A DNA stretch of 64,000 bases from Octopus sinensis (GCF_006345805.1 NC_043010.1:32674001-32738000); one strand, 5' to 3'. Positions 1-13,689 are shown, numbered from the stretch's first letter. Notes: a model not told the origin generated them from the sequence alone. Numbers and translations: made by a program.

Positions 1-115
1 TATATATATGTATATATATATATATATATATGTAATATATATGTATATATATATATATGTATATAATATATATGTATATATATTATATATATATATATAT
101 ATATAATATGTATAT

Positions 116-165
<50 letters not shown>

Positions 166-190
166 ATATATATATATATATGTATATATA

Positions 191-222
<32 letters not shown>

Positions 223-237
223 GTATATATAGATATG

Positions 238-273
<36 letters not shown>

Positions 274-449
274 TGTATAATATATATATTATGTATATAT
301 ATATGTATATATATATAGTATATATATATATATATCTATATATATATATATGTATATATATGTATATATATATAGTATATATATATGTATATATTATATA
401 TGTATATATAATATATATATATGTATATATATATATATTATATATATAT

Positions 450-482
<33 letters not shown>

Positions 483-908
483 GTATATATATATATATAC
501 ATATATAATATATATGTATATATAGATATGTATATATATATATATGTATATATATATTATATATGTATATATATATGTATATATATATTGTATATATATA
601 TGTATATATATATGTATATATATATATATATGTATATATATATGTATATATATATATATATATATGTAGATATATATGTATATATATGTATATATATATA
701 TGTATATATATATGTATATATAATGTATATATATATGTATAATATATATATATATGTATATATATATCTATATATATATATGTATATATATAATATGTAT
801 ATATATGTATATATATAATATGTATATATATATATATGTATATATATATATAGATATGTATATATATATATATATATATTATGTATATATATATATATAT
901 ATATATTG

Positions 909-959
<51 letters not shown>

Positions 960-979
960 GTATATATATTATATATATG

Positions 980-1014
<35 letters not shown>

Positions 1015-1035
1015 CTATATATATATATATGTATA

Positions 1036-1067
<32 letters not shown>

Positions 1068-1124
1068 CTATATATATATATATGTATATATATGTATATA
1101 TCTATATATGTATATATATGTATG

Positions 1125-1181
<57 letters not shown>

Positions 1182-1185
1182 CTAA
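1..1185. repeat. Degenerate (TA)n/(TATG) microsatellite tract
   Basis: Almost entirely TA dinucleotides with scattered G/C. The Y/I-rich ORFs here are translation artefacts. Confidence 0.97.
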
Positions 1186-1463
1186 TATAGGATAAAAAAT
1201 TTTCAAAAAAAATTCTATCAATGGTCAGCATATTAAAAAAATACCTTTAAAGGTTAAATTTATAAACAATTTATAAGTATAACCTTCCCTTCATCAGTGA
1301 ACTAACTCTGAAATCGGGTCCGATATGGTAATAACGGGATTTTTTAGAAATTTCTGTCGGCTTTCTTCAAAACACGTGCTTGTAGTGATGAATTATAATG
1401 GTTATTGACGTTGTGTCTATTTTTGGCATTAGAAATTTTTTCTTTTGCCCTTACTTATAAATT

Positions 1464-1502
<39 letters not shown>

Positions 1503-1506
<4 letters not shown>

Positions 1507-2793
1507 AATAAAAAATGGAGCTAACGCAGGTTTAAACAAGTATTTTTTCTTTCTACATATGTTTCAAAAATTCCACTGATACTTATTCAAAAGAATAAAA
1601 GGTATAAACAATGCAATCTTCTCTTCGGGAAAGTGAAAAAACGAAACTTGTCAATACGACATTTTAGCAAAAAATGATGGATTCGTATAGCGATAGACAG
1701 AACGCTATTAATATTGTTTAAAAAAAACGTTATATGATAGAACGTCATAAGTAGCTAACAGAAAGAGTAGGGATATTAATAGTGAATGTTAAATATAAAG
1801 GAAATTAAAGTCTAAACTATATATAATAACCTTGTTATTAATATTTCTAGAGGGTTGGATGGTAGTAGCTAAATTAATGTTAGCATTAGTAAATGTATTA
1901 ATATTTAACAGTTTGTTATTATGAGAAGATATAATTTGCAAGAGATTTTTTGTGTTTGAAAAACCTATCCTAACCTTATGTGAATTAATTATAGAGTAAT
2001 ATCTAGAATTATTTGGAAATATTAATAACAAGGTTATTGTATCTGAAGTCAATCCCAATAGAATTAAATTTATGTCAAGTAACTCTAAGATTAAAAATTC
2101 TATATACCAGTGTATAATCAGTACTCGTAATAAAGTACGATTTTACATTGGAAGCACATCGTTAGAGTTATCTAAGAGAATTTCTATCCATTACTCAACA
2201 TTTAGGGATAGAAATAAACGGAATAGTACCGGTCTCAGCAAACTGATTTGGAATTTAAAAACCACAATGAACAATTTCATTTGGAATGGTTGATCCTCTC
2301 AATTTCGATACCATATGACAAAGGCAAGAAATTCTGTCTTCTCTGCAATTCTGAGCTATTTTTCATTATTTTTTCTAAAAATACTCTAGTAAACACGGTT
2401 ATAGAACGAGCATACAGATGTAAGCATTGGCAAAAACATACTTTTAGTGCATATAAGTAGTCTCTATCATTATATATAGTTTAGACTTTAATTTCCTTTA
2501 TATTTAACATTCACTATTAATATCCCTACTCTTTCTGTTAGCTACTTATGACGTTCTATCATATAACGTTTTTTTTAAACAATATTAATAGCATTCTGTC
2601 TATCGCTATACGAATCCATCATTTTTTGCTAAAATGTCGTATTGACAAGTTTCGTTTTTTCACTTTCCCGAAGAGAAGATTGCATTGTTTATACCTTTTA
2701 TTCTTTTGAATAAGTATCAGTGGAATTTTTGAAACATATGTAGAATGAAAAAATACTTGTTTAAACCTGCGTTAGCTCCATTTTTTATTCCTA
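1503..2793. mobile_element. Penelope-like element 3' fragment (GIY-YIG endonuclease) in head-to-head arrangement with 325-bp inverted arms
   Basis: Plus-strand frameshifted ORFs 2072-2460 read IYQC..FYIGST..KRISIHYSTF..STGLSKLIW.LK..EW.IL..PY..CLLC..E..CKH, a PLE GIY-YIG domain. Minus-strand ORF 2058-1789 resembles the PLE RT-EN linker (KVRIGFSNTKNLLQIISSHNNKLL). 1503-1827 is the near-exact reverse complement of 2469-2793. Confidence 0.8.
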
Positions 2794-2936
2794 TTATTCA
2801 AATATTCAACGTAAACACGAAGTTTCAACCTTTATAAACAAGGAGTTACAACATCTTTACTTGTGAGATTTTTGCTGCCCTGGTAACTATTCATTCATTT
2901 ATCCGTGTTAATTGTTAACAAGGTAAAATACACTCA

Positions 2937-2967
<31 letters not shown>

Positions 2968-2974
2968 TTTTATA

Positions 2975-3860
2975 TATACACACATCATCATCATGGGTTG
3001 GACGGTTCGACCGGGGTCTGGAAAGCCAGGAGGCTGCACTAGGCTCCTGTCTGATCTGGCAGTGTTTCTACAGCTGGATGCCCTTCCTAACACCAACCAC
3101 TTTGTGAGTGTAGTGGATGCTTTTTATCTGCCACCGGCACAGGTGCCAAGTGAGGCTGGCAACAGCCACAATCAGTTGGTGCTTTTTACGTACCACCGCC
3201 GCTGAAGCCAGTCAAGGCGGTGCTGGCATTGGCCATGTTCAGATGGTGCTTTTTACATGCCACTGGCACAGGTATCACAACTACAATTTCCATTTCATTT
3301 TTATTTGATGCTGATGTACTTGACTCAATAGGTCACCACAAGCACAGCAGGTCACCCTATGATCCAAGGTAAGCACAGCAGGCCGTCCTGTGATCCAAGG
3401 TACTTTGGATGGGCTGGGACTGCTATGTGAAGCTGGTGCAGGAAACAGCCATGAACTCACGTTATTTGTCGGGTCTTTGCAATCACAGCATATCTCCAGA
3501 GATCTCGGTCTTTCATCATTGCCTCTGTGAGGCCCAACGTTCGAAGGTCATGTTTGACCACCTCATTGCATGTCTTCCTGGGTCTACCTCTACATATCAT
3601 CATCATCATTTAACGTCCGCTTTCCGTGCTAGCACGGGTTTGACGGTTCGACCGGGGTCTGGGAAACCAGGAGGCTGCACCAGGCTCCAGTCTGATCTGA
3701 CAGTGTTTCTACAGCTGGATGCCCTTCCTAACACCAACCACTCCGTGAGTGTAGTGGGTGCTTTTTACGTGCCACCAGCACAGGTGCCAGGGGAGGCTAG
3801 CAGCAGCCCTGATCAGTTGGTGCTTTTTACGTGCCACCGGCACAGAAGCCAGTCAAGTCG
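2975..3860 (-). mobile_element. Two adjacent RTE-LINE 3'-end fragments
   Basis: Matches the reverse complement of the ORF end/3' UTR and (GAT)n tail of the RTE at 11700-12270 (ggatgcccttcctaacaccaaccactcc...). Confidence 0.85.
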
Positions 3861-4150
3861 ACATATATATATATAGATGTAGGGAGAAAATTCCTGTTAC
3901 AACAGTTCGATTCTAACAAGAGCACAATTTCAACATACAATTAACAACAAAAATAGATTAACCAAATAAACTCACAAAGCAGCAGCAGCCGAATGCGGAA
4001 AAGTGACAATCCCGCTTGGCGATGTGAAGTGCTATCCCGATGCAAATACATATATCCTTTTTCCAGTGAAGAAAAGTCACTGATATTGAAAAAGTGTAAA
4101 CAAGCAATTATAAATCTCTGAGTGAGGTATACACAGTAACTACACGACAT

Positions 4151-4826
4151 TGTGAAGTATATTTGTCACTTAAATGTGGCTAACCCTTAAGGGTGGATGC
4201 TACTGTAGCTTGTAGCCCCAAGAGGACACCTCCTCCAGCTGACAATTGACACACTTTCTGTGCCCTATCAGCATCTGCAAAAGGAAGTCACCCTTCCCAT
4301 CTTCAACCTGACGTGATACACACGGACCCGGGTTTCTAGGTATTAACCCATCATCAGCATGTGACAATCACCGGTTATTTCTTTATTATGGTAATCAATA
4401 TCTTTACAGAGAGGGACAATACAGGAGATTACAAACATATAGATGAGCTTAGTCAGTTTATGTAAAAAATTGGATGAATTCTATATACAAATTATAATTT
4501 TTAAATTTATGCAGACTTGTTCACAAGATTTGGTTGGGTAACCAGCGACTACACCTTGCTTTTACCATGGATGGAATTAAGTGGGGACAGTCACTCCCAA
4601 CTTCCTCACAACATCCTTCCATCTTTTCTCATATAAGCTTCGCAACAGAAACCCTGGTCCATGTGTATCACATCAGATGGGAAGGATGACTTCCCTTTGC
4701 AAATACTGATAGGGCACAGAAAGTGTGTCAATAGCCAGCTGGAGGAGGTGTCCTCCTGGGGCCACAAGCTACAGTAGCATCCACCCTTAAGAGTTAGCCA
4801 CACTTAAGTGGCAAATATATTTCACG
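4151..4826. repeat. Diverged ~185-bp inverted repeat (4151-4337 / 4647-4826)
   Basis: The arms are reverse complements with scattered mismatches and a ~310-bp spacer. Possibly a MITE or a PLE terminal-repeat pair. Confidence 0.8.
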
Positions 4827-4844
4827 ATATATATATATATATAT

Positions 4845-5010
4845 ATCACTGTGACCGACCAAGCTATCAGATGTTGCTACACATTGCTGGTCACAATGCG
4901 CTTCACATTGGTTTAGCCTTCAAATGACGCCACCCCGCAGGCTAAGCGAGTAGGCCAACAAAAGAAAGTTGTGGCAAAAGAGTACAGCAGGGATCGCCAC
5001 CACCCCCTGC

Positions 5011-5014
<4 letters not shown>
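4845..5014 (-). mobile_element. tRNA-derived SINE, 3' half
   Basis: Reverse complement of the 3' part of the SINE at 44624-44935. Confidence 0.8.
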
Positions 5015-5053
<39 letters not shown>

Positions 5054-6590
5054 GTATGTAAGGGCCCATGAGCTTGGTGCACTTGCACCCACTAAAATTT
5101 TGTGCTGGTTCAAAATACAATATTGCAGCCCCTACTTACTTTTCACAGGTTTTAGAAAATGGTGTTTAAAAATTGATGTGTAAAAAGTAGCTTGAAGTTA
5201 GGTTTCTTCAGAAAATAAGAACAAAGAACTAAAATAAATAAAATGAAAACCCCAAAGAAATCCTTAGAAAGATACATTGCTGAACTAAAGCATCCTCAGC
5301 ATTAAAATTATTTATATATATATATAATTATTATTTAATCGAATGCCACGCATCCATTTCCATGTAAGTTTATCTTAGCCTTTTTGATGTGACTCTATGA
5401 TGCTTTCTCCTTCATCCTTCTCTAATTCTCTTTTTCTGCCCCTTTGCTGCTGTTTTCTATGTTTTTCTCGCCCCCTTTTTCTCTTTCTCTCATTGCTCAC
5501 ACGTGACCATCTTTCTTTTCCTCCGCATTATCCTAAGGACTGGACATCTATCTTTTCTCTTTTCAAAGAAAATATTTCTCCCAGCGTTTGCTATTTTACC
5601 CTCATTCTGGTCTAACGACCCTCTATGTTTGTTTTCGTTTGGTTTCCTTGTATGTCTCTACTGTCCTTTTTTTGTTCCCAACTTTGACCCTCCATAGTAT
5701 CCAAAATGTTATTTTGGTATTTATGTGAGCAACTGTCTTCAAAGACTCATATTGTCAATGAATGTTCGAAATGAGGAGTAGATAGACAGCCAACAACTGA
5801 TGAAGGGTCATTCTTTGTGTTGCTCATCCTGTTTTCCATTTTTTTCTCACATTGTTTGCACATTTAACTCATTTGTTTTCGTATTTCATGTTGTTTACTG
5901 TTGGTGACGTCCTGTACCCATATATCCATATATATATATATATATAAATTAATAAATAAAACATATGCATATATACATACATATATGTATGTACCTACCT
6001 CTACATGTATATATACACGCATATATGGGTACAGGACACCAAAAACACGTCGAACACAATGAGAAACGAAAACATAAACACAAAACCAAGGAACTGGACA
6101 TTTTTCTTAGACAACAAAAAAATAGAGTACAGGACAAATAACACAAGGAAAATTCCCCTTCTTCAGTCGCCATGGTTTCATCTACTCTGCGTTTCGAAGG
6201 TGAAGGCAATACACATCTTTGATAGAAACTTTCCTTCCCACGAAAAGCAAATTAAATAAAATTTGAGATCTTTTTGCGGAGGGGTAAAAATGGTAACAAA
6301 AACAGGACAGTAACAACATTACAAAATATAAACAGTAAAAGACAGGACAAGGAGAATAACAAGACAAGAAGGGCTGTTAAGCTGAATGAGAAAAAGTATT
6401 ACGAATGCTATTTTTGAGAACGGCGAAGGAGCAACAGAAAATGCCGTCCACACTTCAAGGAAGTCAGGCCAGAAAGACAGTAGCAGAGCTCTCGTCGCGG
6501 GTCAACAACGGGAGGGTGGAGCAAGAGAAAGGGAGACAAGAAAAGGGAATGGTTGTGAGGAAACCAGAAAGAATGAAGATATATATATAT

Positions 6591-6630
<40 letters not shown>

Positions 6631-6634
<4 letters not shown>

Positions 6635-8456
6635 TGTCTCCCTGTTGCTCCCGTTTCATAGCCACTTATATCATTTCCCCTAAAACTTGACTTTCTCAGA
6701 TTTTCAAACCTACATATTATCCTTTCAGTTTTCAACATGCCATTCATGAAATGTTTTTCGTTTAGTCTTGTCTCCCTGTCGCTCCCGTTTCATAGCCACT
6801 TATATCGTTCCCCCTAAAACTTAACCTTCTCAGATTTTCAAACCTACATATTATCCTTTCAGTTTTCAACATGCCATTCATGAAATGTTTTTCGTTTAGT
6901 CTTGTCTCCCTGTTGCTCCCGTTTCATAGCCACTTATATCGTTCCCCCTAAAATTTGACTTTCTTAGATTTTCAAACCGACATATTATCCTTTCAGTTTT
7001 CAACATGCCATTCATGAAATGTTTTTCGTTTAGTCTTGTCTCCCTGTTGCTCCCGTTTCATAGCCACTTATATCGTTCCCCCTAAAACTTGACTTTCTCA
7101 GATTTTCAAACCTACATATTATCCTTTCAGTTTTCAACATGCCATTCATGAAATGTTTTTCGTTTAGACTTGTCTCCCTGTTGCTCCCGTTTCATAGCCA
7201 CTTATATCGTTCCCCCTAAAACTTGACTTTCTCAGATTTTCAAACCTACATATTATCCTTTCAGTTTTCAACATGCCATTCATGAAATGTTTTTCGTTTA
7301 GTCTTGTCTCCCTGTTGCTCCCGTTTCATAGCCACTTATATCGTTCCCCCTAAAACTTGACTTTCTCAGATTTTCAAACCTACATATTATCCTTTCAGTT
7401 TTCAACATGCCATTCATGAAATGTTTTTCGTTTAGTCTTGTCTCCCTGTCGCTCCCGTTTCATAGCCACTTATATCATTTCCCCTAAAACTTGACTTTCT
7501 CAAATTTTCAAACCTACATATTATCCTTTCAGTTTTCAACATGCCATTCATGAAATGTTTTTCGTTTAGTCTTGTCTCCCTGTCGCTCCCGTTTCATAGC
7601 CACTTATATCGTTCCCCCTAAAACTTAACCTTCTCAGATTTTCAAACCTACATATTATCCTTTCAGTTTTCAACATGCCATTCATGAAATGTTTTTCGTT
7701 TAGTCTTGTCTCCCTGTTGCTCCCGTTTCATAGCCACTTATATCGTTCCCCCTAAAATTTGACTTTCTTAGATTTTCAAACCTACATATTATCCTTTCAG
7801 TTTTCAACATGCCATTCATGAAATGTTTTTCGTTTAGTCTTGTCTCCCTGTTGCTCCCGTTTCATAGCCACTTATATCGTTCCCCCTAAAACTTGACTTT
7901 CTCAGATTTTCAAACCTACATATTATCCTTTCAGTTTTCAACATGCCATTCATGAAATGTTTTTCGTTTAGACTTGTCTCCCTGTTGCTCCCGTTTCATA
8001 GCCACTTATATCGTTCCCCCTAAAACTTGACTTTCTCAGATTTTCAAACCTACATATTATCCTTTCAGTTTTCAACATGCCATTCATGAAATGTTTTTCG
8101 TTTAGTCTTGTCTCCCTGTTGCTCCCATTTCATAGCCACTTATATCATTCCCCCTAAAACTTGACTTTCTCAGATTTTCAAACCTACATATTATCCTTTC
8201 AGTTTTCAACATGCCATTCATGAAATGTTTTTCGTTTAGACTTGTCTCCCTGTTGCTCCCGTTTCATAGCCACTTATATCGTTCCCCCTAAAACTTGACT
8301 TTCTCAGATTTTCAAACCTACATATTATCCTTTCAGTTTTCAATATGCCATTCATGAAATGTTTTTCGTTTAGTCTTGTCTCCCTGTTGCTCCCGTTTCA
8401 TAGCCACTTATATCGTTCCCCCTAAAATTTGACTTTCTTAGATTGTTCAAACCTAC
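6631..8456. repeat. 134-bp tandem satellite, 13 full copies plus a partial 14th
   Basis: Units start every 134 bp (6631, 6765, 6899 ... 8373) with gtcttgtctccctg, and the copies are near-identical. Confidence 0.97.
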
Positions 8457-8479
8457 TTTCTTGCTCTCACGATTAACAG

Positions 8480-11400
8480 AATCCTCTTGCTAGTTTGGGG
8501 TGCACCCACCCACCCCCTCCGCACATGCCGGAAGTTCCTATTGTTTGTCATCCCTGGGTTGCTTCCCTTGAAGACTGCAAATGCTCGTTCACTATCCCTA
8601 CCCCTAGTTTCGACCTATGTAAGGTAATGTTCATACAGTGCAAAATATAAATGGGTAGTGTCATGCAGGTTGAATTGAAGGCTACTGTATTACTTGCTCA
8701 TGAATTCTGCCAAATGCAAGCTTTCTTTTCAGGTACATGAAGCTACTGTCCACCGACGCAGGGTCTCTAGGGCCCATACCTCCCACACCCTCAGGGTTGG
8801 CACCCTCAATGTTGGCACACTGAAAGGTAGGTCTGGCGAGATAGTCGAGATGCTTGAACGGAGATGTGTGGATATATGTTGCATGCAAGAAGTAAGGTGG
8901 AGAGGTTCTGCTAGGTTCCTCACAGGCAAGGAACACAGGTACAAGATTTTCTGGGCAGGGAACACTGACGGGGTTGGTGGCGTAGGTATACTTATCGCTG
9001 AGAAATGGGTAGATAAAGTAATTGAGGTAATCAGAGTATGCGACAGAATACTTAAGATTAGATTAGTGCTTCATCATAGTTTAGCAACCATTATATCAGC
9101 ATATGCTCCTCAGTTGGGGCTACCCGATGGACAGAAAGACCGATTCTATGACACTCTACTGCAGACTACCTCGTTGATGAATGACAGAGACTTTCTCTTT
9201 GTGGCTGGTAACTTCAATGGACGACATGCTTGGGGCTTCCATGGCGTACATGGAGGCTATGGCTATGGTTCCCGCAACGAGGAGGGAACCAGACTGCTGG
9301 AGTTCTGCGATGCAAATAATCTTATGATTTGCAACACTAACTTCAGGAAACCTACCAGCCACCTAGTCACCTACCGATCGGGCCAACATACCAGCCAAAT
9401 TGACTACATCCTTGCCAGGCAAAGGGAGAGATGGCTACTTATAAATGCCAAAGCCTTCCCAGGCGAAGAATGTACCCCACAACATAGACTGGTAGTTAGT
9501 GACTTTAGGATCAGGACTAGAAGGACAACCAGAAGATGACCAACATGGAGAAGAAGGATCTGGAAGCTTAAAGATCCTGCGAATGGACAGATATTTAGGG
9601 ACATGCTACTTGAAGCCTTTGACGAAGTAGAAGGGGATAGTGTATCACATGGGGTAGAGGGCAACTGGACGTTTCTAAGGGACAACCTGCTGAGAGCCAC
9701 TGACCAGATCTGTGGCTGGTGCAAAGTCCCCTCTCATCCCAAGGTAACGTGGTGGTGGAACAGTGTTGTAGACAGGGCTATTAGAGAAAAGAGACAGACT
9801 TGGAAGCACTGGAAGAATGGTGGTAGCAGGGAATTGTATCAGACTACTAAAAGGGAAGCTAGGAGACAGGTCTATCTAGCCAGAGAGGAAGCAGATAAGA
9901 AAAAATTTGCCAATGTTCTGTGCCGTGAGGACCAAAGACTGGAGGTGTTTCGCGTTGCAAGACAGTGTGTGAGAGAGAATTGTGATGTGGTAGGAGAGGA
10001 GTGTGTTCGCATGGAAGATGGTTCACTTGCACTAAACGAGGATGCAAAGAGAGAGGCTTGGAGACGCCACTATGAAAGGTTGCTGAATAAAGAAAATGAA
10101 TGGGATAAAGAGAGTCTGCCGAATGTTGACCCAACAGAGGGACCAGCTATCAGGGTTGATAGTTCCTTGGTAGTTAAGGCAATTAGAAGCATGAAGACAG
10201 GGAAAGCCCCAGGCCCATCAGGTATCACTGCAGAGATGCTCAAAATATCTGGTAGTGTCGGCTATAGCCTAGTCACCCGTATAGTTAATCAGGTGATACA
10301 CAAAGGAGTCATACCCAATGACTGGTGTAGCAGCATAATAGTCAACTGCTACAAAGGTAAAGGTGATGCCCTAGATACAAATAATTACAGAGGTATCAAG
10401 CTGTTGGATCAGGTGATGAAGGTTACAGAGAGGGTCATAAGCCAACTAATTAGAGAGAGAGTTAGTTTAGATGAGATGCAGTTTGGGTTTGTGCCAGGGA
10501 AAAGTACCACTGATGCTATATTCCTGGTAAGGCAGCTGCAGGAGAAATACCTAGCCAAAGATAAGCCCCTGTACCTGGCTTTTGTTGACATGGAGAAAGC
10601 CTTCGACAGGGTCCCCCGATCCCTCATCTGGTGGTCAATGAGGAAACTAGGGATAGATGAATGGTTAGTGAGAGCTGTGCAAGCCATGTACAGGGACGCT
10701 GCTAGTAAGGTGAGGGTTGGCAACGAGTACAGTGAAGAATTCCGGGTGGAGGTAGGGGTCCACCAAGGCTCAGTCCTCAGACCCCTCCTATTTATCATAG
10801 TCCTCCAGGCAATAACGGAGGAATTCAAGACAGGATGCCCCTGGGAGCTCCTCTATGCTGATGACCTTGCTCTAATTGCTGAGTCACTATCAGAACTGGA
10901 GGAGAAGTTTCAGGTGTGGAAGCGAGGTTTAGAATCGAAGGGCCTTAGAGTCAATCTAGCTAAAACCAAAGTCGTAATAAGTAGGAAGGTAGACAAATCA
11001 CAAACGCCTTCAGGTAGATGGCCCTGCTCGATCTGTAGAAAAGGTGTAGGTAGAAACTCTATAAGATGCACCAAGTGTAAGCTATGGACACGTAAGAGGT
11101 GCAGCAATGTCAAAGGAAGGCTAACTAGGAAGATGGTTTTTGTATGTGGCAGATGCTCGGGAGCATTAACATCTGAAAGTCTGCAGAAAACAACTTCCGT
11201 CACTTTCCAGGGGGTAAAACTAGAAGTAGTTGATAGCTTCCGTTATCTTGGTGACTAAGTCAGTAGTGGGGGTGCTGAAAGTGTAACGGCTAGAGTAAGG
11301 ATAGCCTGGGCAAAGTTTAGGGAGCTCTTACCTCTGCTGGTGACAAAAGGCCTCTCGCTCAGAGTAAAAGGCAGACTGTATGATGCATGTGTACGTACAG

Positions 11401-12270
11401 CCATGCTACATGGTAGTGAAACATGGGCTGTGACTGCTGAGGATATGCGTAAGCTCGCAAGAAATGAAGCCAGTATGCTCCGATGGATGTGTAATGTCAG
11501 TGTTCATAATCGACAGAGTGTAAGTACCTTGAGAGAAATGTTGAACCTAAGAAGCATCAGTTGTGGTGTGCAAGAGAGACGTCTGCGCTGGTATGGGCAT
11601 GTGACGAGAATGGGTGAAGATAGTTGTGTGCAAAAGTGCCACACTCTAGCAGTTGAGGGAACCTGTGGAAGAGGTAGACCCAGGAAAACCTGGGACGAGG
11701 TGGTGAAGCACAACCTTCGAACTTTAGGTCTCACCAAGGAAATGACTAGAGACCGAGACCTATGGAAGTATGCTGTGCGTGAGAAGACCCGGCAAGACCA
11801 GTGAGAACAGTTAAAATCAAACCAAATCAACATCAGTGGAAATTGCAGCTGTGGTTAAGCAAACCATCCGATTGTTTGTCTGTTGCCAGCCTCGCCTGGC
11901 CCCCGTGCCGTTGGCACGTAAAAGCACCATCCGCTCGTGTCCGTTGCGAGCCTCGCCTGGCCCCCGTGCCGGTAGCACGTAAAAGCACCATCCGTTCGTG
12001 TCCGTTGCGAGCCTAGCCTGGCCCCCGTGCCGGTGGCACGAAAAAACACCATCCGTTCGTGGCCAGCTCTGTCTGGCACCTGTGCAGGTGGCACGTAAAA
12101 AGCACCCACTACACTCACGGAGTGGTTGGCGTTAGGAAGGGCATCCAGCCGTAGAAACACTGCCAAATCTGACTGGGCCTGATGAAGCCTTCCGGCTTCA
12201 CAGATTCCAGTTAAACCGTCCAACCCATGCTAGCATGGAAAACGGACACTAAATGATGATGATGATGATG
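8480..12270 (+). mobile_element. Near full-length RTE-clade LINE (APE endonuclease + reverse transcriptase), two in-frame stops
   Basis: ORFs 8694-9539, 9603-11258 and 11340-11804 share one frame. Motifs: APE (VGTLNVGTL, ICCMQEVRW, SAYAPQ, AGNFNG, SQIDYIL) and RT (NYRGIKLL, QFGFVPGKST, FVDMEKAFDRV, GVHQGSVL, LLYADDL, FRYLG). The 3' UTR has ~55-bp internal repeats and a (GAT)n tail. Confidence 0.95.
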
Positions 12271-13689
12271 TATATATAGAAAATAGTAAAAAGTGAAAAA
12301 ACTACAGAAGGCTTATTTTAAAAGGTTAAAAAATATATATTTGAGTCATTATGTTAGAAGAATGTTATAAATTTTTTTCATACAGTGACATAGTTTTTGA
12401 AGAAATTACCGGTTTCGTGTATAACTTTTCAAATTTCTCAAAACATTGTTATGATTTCATTCGTTAAGAAGTGTAAAGAGGAGTTCCAGGTAAGGGGAGG
12501 TAATACGTGATTTCTTCCTGTGTAAGGGAGATAATCGCTTAATATTTCTTGCCTTTTTATATATATATATATATGTACCCATGTATCCATATATATATAT
12601 ATATAAAACAACAACTACAGCCACTCTTCAATACTATCACAATTGATGACCTAACTCCACAATCAAGAGCCCTTCACAATGTAGCTATCCACTTATTTCC
12701 TCTGAATACCATAACTGGCACATCATCATCATTGCCATGATGTTCTACTGCTACTACCCTTACCACAACTAAACAATAGCAACTACAACAAGTTCAGCAT
12801 TGGAAATCACTGTTTCATACTAGAACAATTGATGACCTATTAAATAACACAGTCTCGTGTTCTTCTCCACAGTCAGGCCACTCAAATTTTTCTCAGAATA
12901 ATACAAGAGATCCATCATCACCATTGTCATCCTATTCTACTCCTACTTCCCTTACCACTACTACTACTATTCCAATTACAGAAGAATCGCTCCTTTTTTC
13001 TCAATCTGAATGTATACCAGACAGTTCCATGATAAACATGCTAACTGTTAATAATATAAATTTATGAACACACAAAACCCTCAAATATGCTGCTATTCAC
13101 AATGCAAGAGACTATGCACATGCAATGACTGTAACTTCACCCATTTACTTGGGACAAGATGCACAATTCATACACGCAATATCAGCCAACACCTAAACAC
13201 AGATCTCAACACCACCACCAAATTCTAAAGCACACTTAATAACTTCTACACATGTAACACATAATCCTAAAATTTGTTGCCATTCCCAACACGAAAGTTT
13301 ATGTCTGATGTGTAACTATCCCTTCACTCATCTTCCAGGGACTTAATGCACTAGTAAAAGCATGACACCAAATCCGCAACAGAAACATCCCTTACAGTGG
13401 CAGTGTTGGTCCAGACTTTCATTGAAACCCAGAAATCAAAAGCTACAAACAATATGCAACCATACTAACTCCAAACAACAACCCCTCCCAAAACAAGAAA
13501 ATTCTTTTTTAGTGATGATGAATCTGGCAAAAGAAAAAGGAAAAAGAACTTCTAGCTCTCATGCAGCACCAACCACTGCTATTACCCCAGTGCACAAACA
13601 CCATTGCTGTCATTAACCCACAAACTCAACTCAATAATAATACCAAATGAACAAGGTCTTTTACACTTCACAAATCAAACTAAATTATC

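Noticed and set aside
273-1231. Long Y/I/M-rich ORFs, also at 40848-44726
   Set aside because: They are translations of (TA)n/(CA)n microsatellites, with no protein-like complexity.
1270-1320. ctgatgaaggg on the minus strand as a hammerhead core
   Set aside because: No GAAA follows the stem, so it is at most a decayed PLE terminal-repeat relic. The same applies to ctgatgaagggtc near 5790 and the mutated cores near 40410-40440 and 42405-42435.
6631-8456. 134-bp array as a CRISPR array or ribozyme repeat
   Set aside because: The units are contiguous with no unique spacers, there are no cas genes, the context is eukaryotic, and neither strand has a CUGANGA core.
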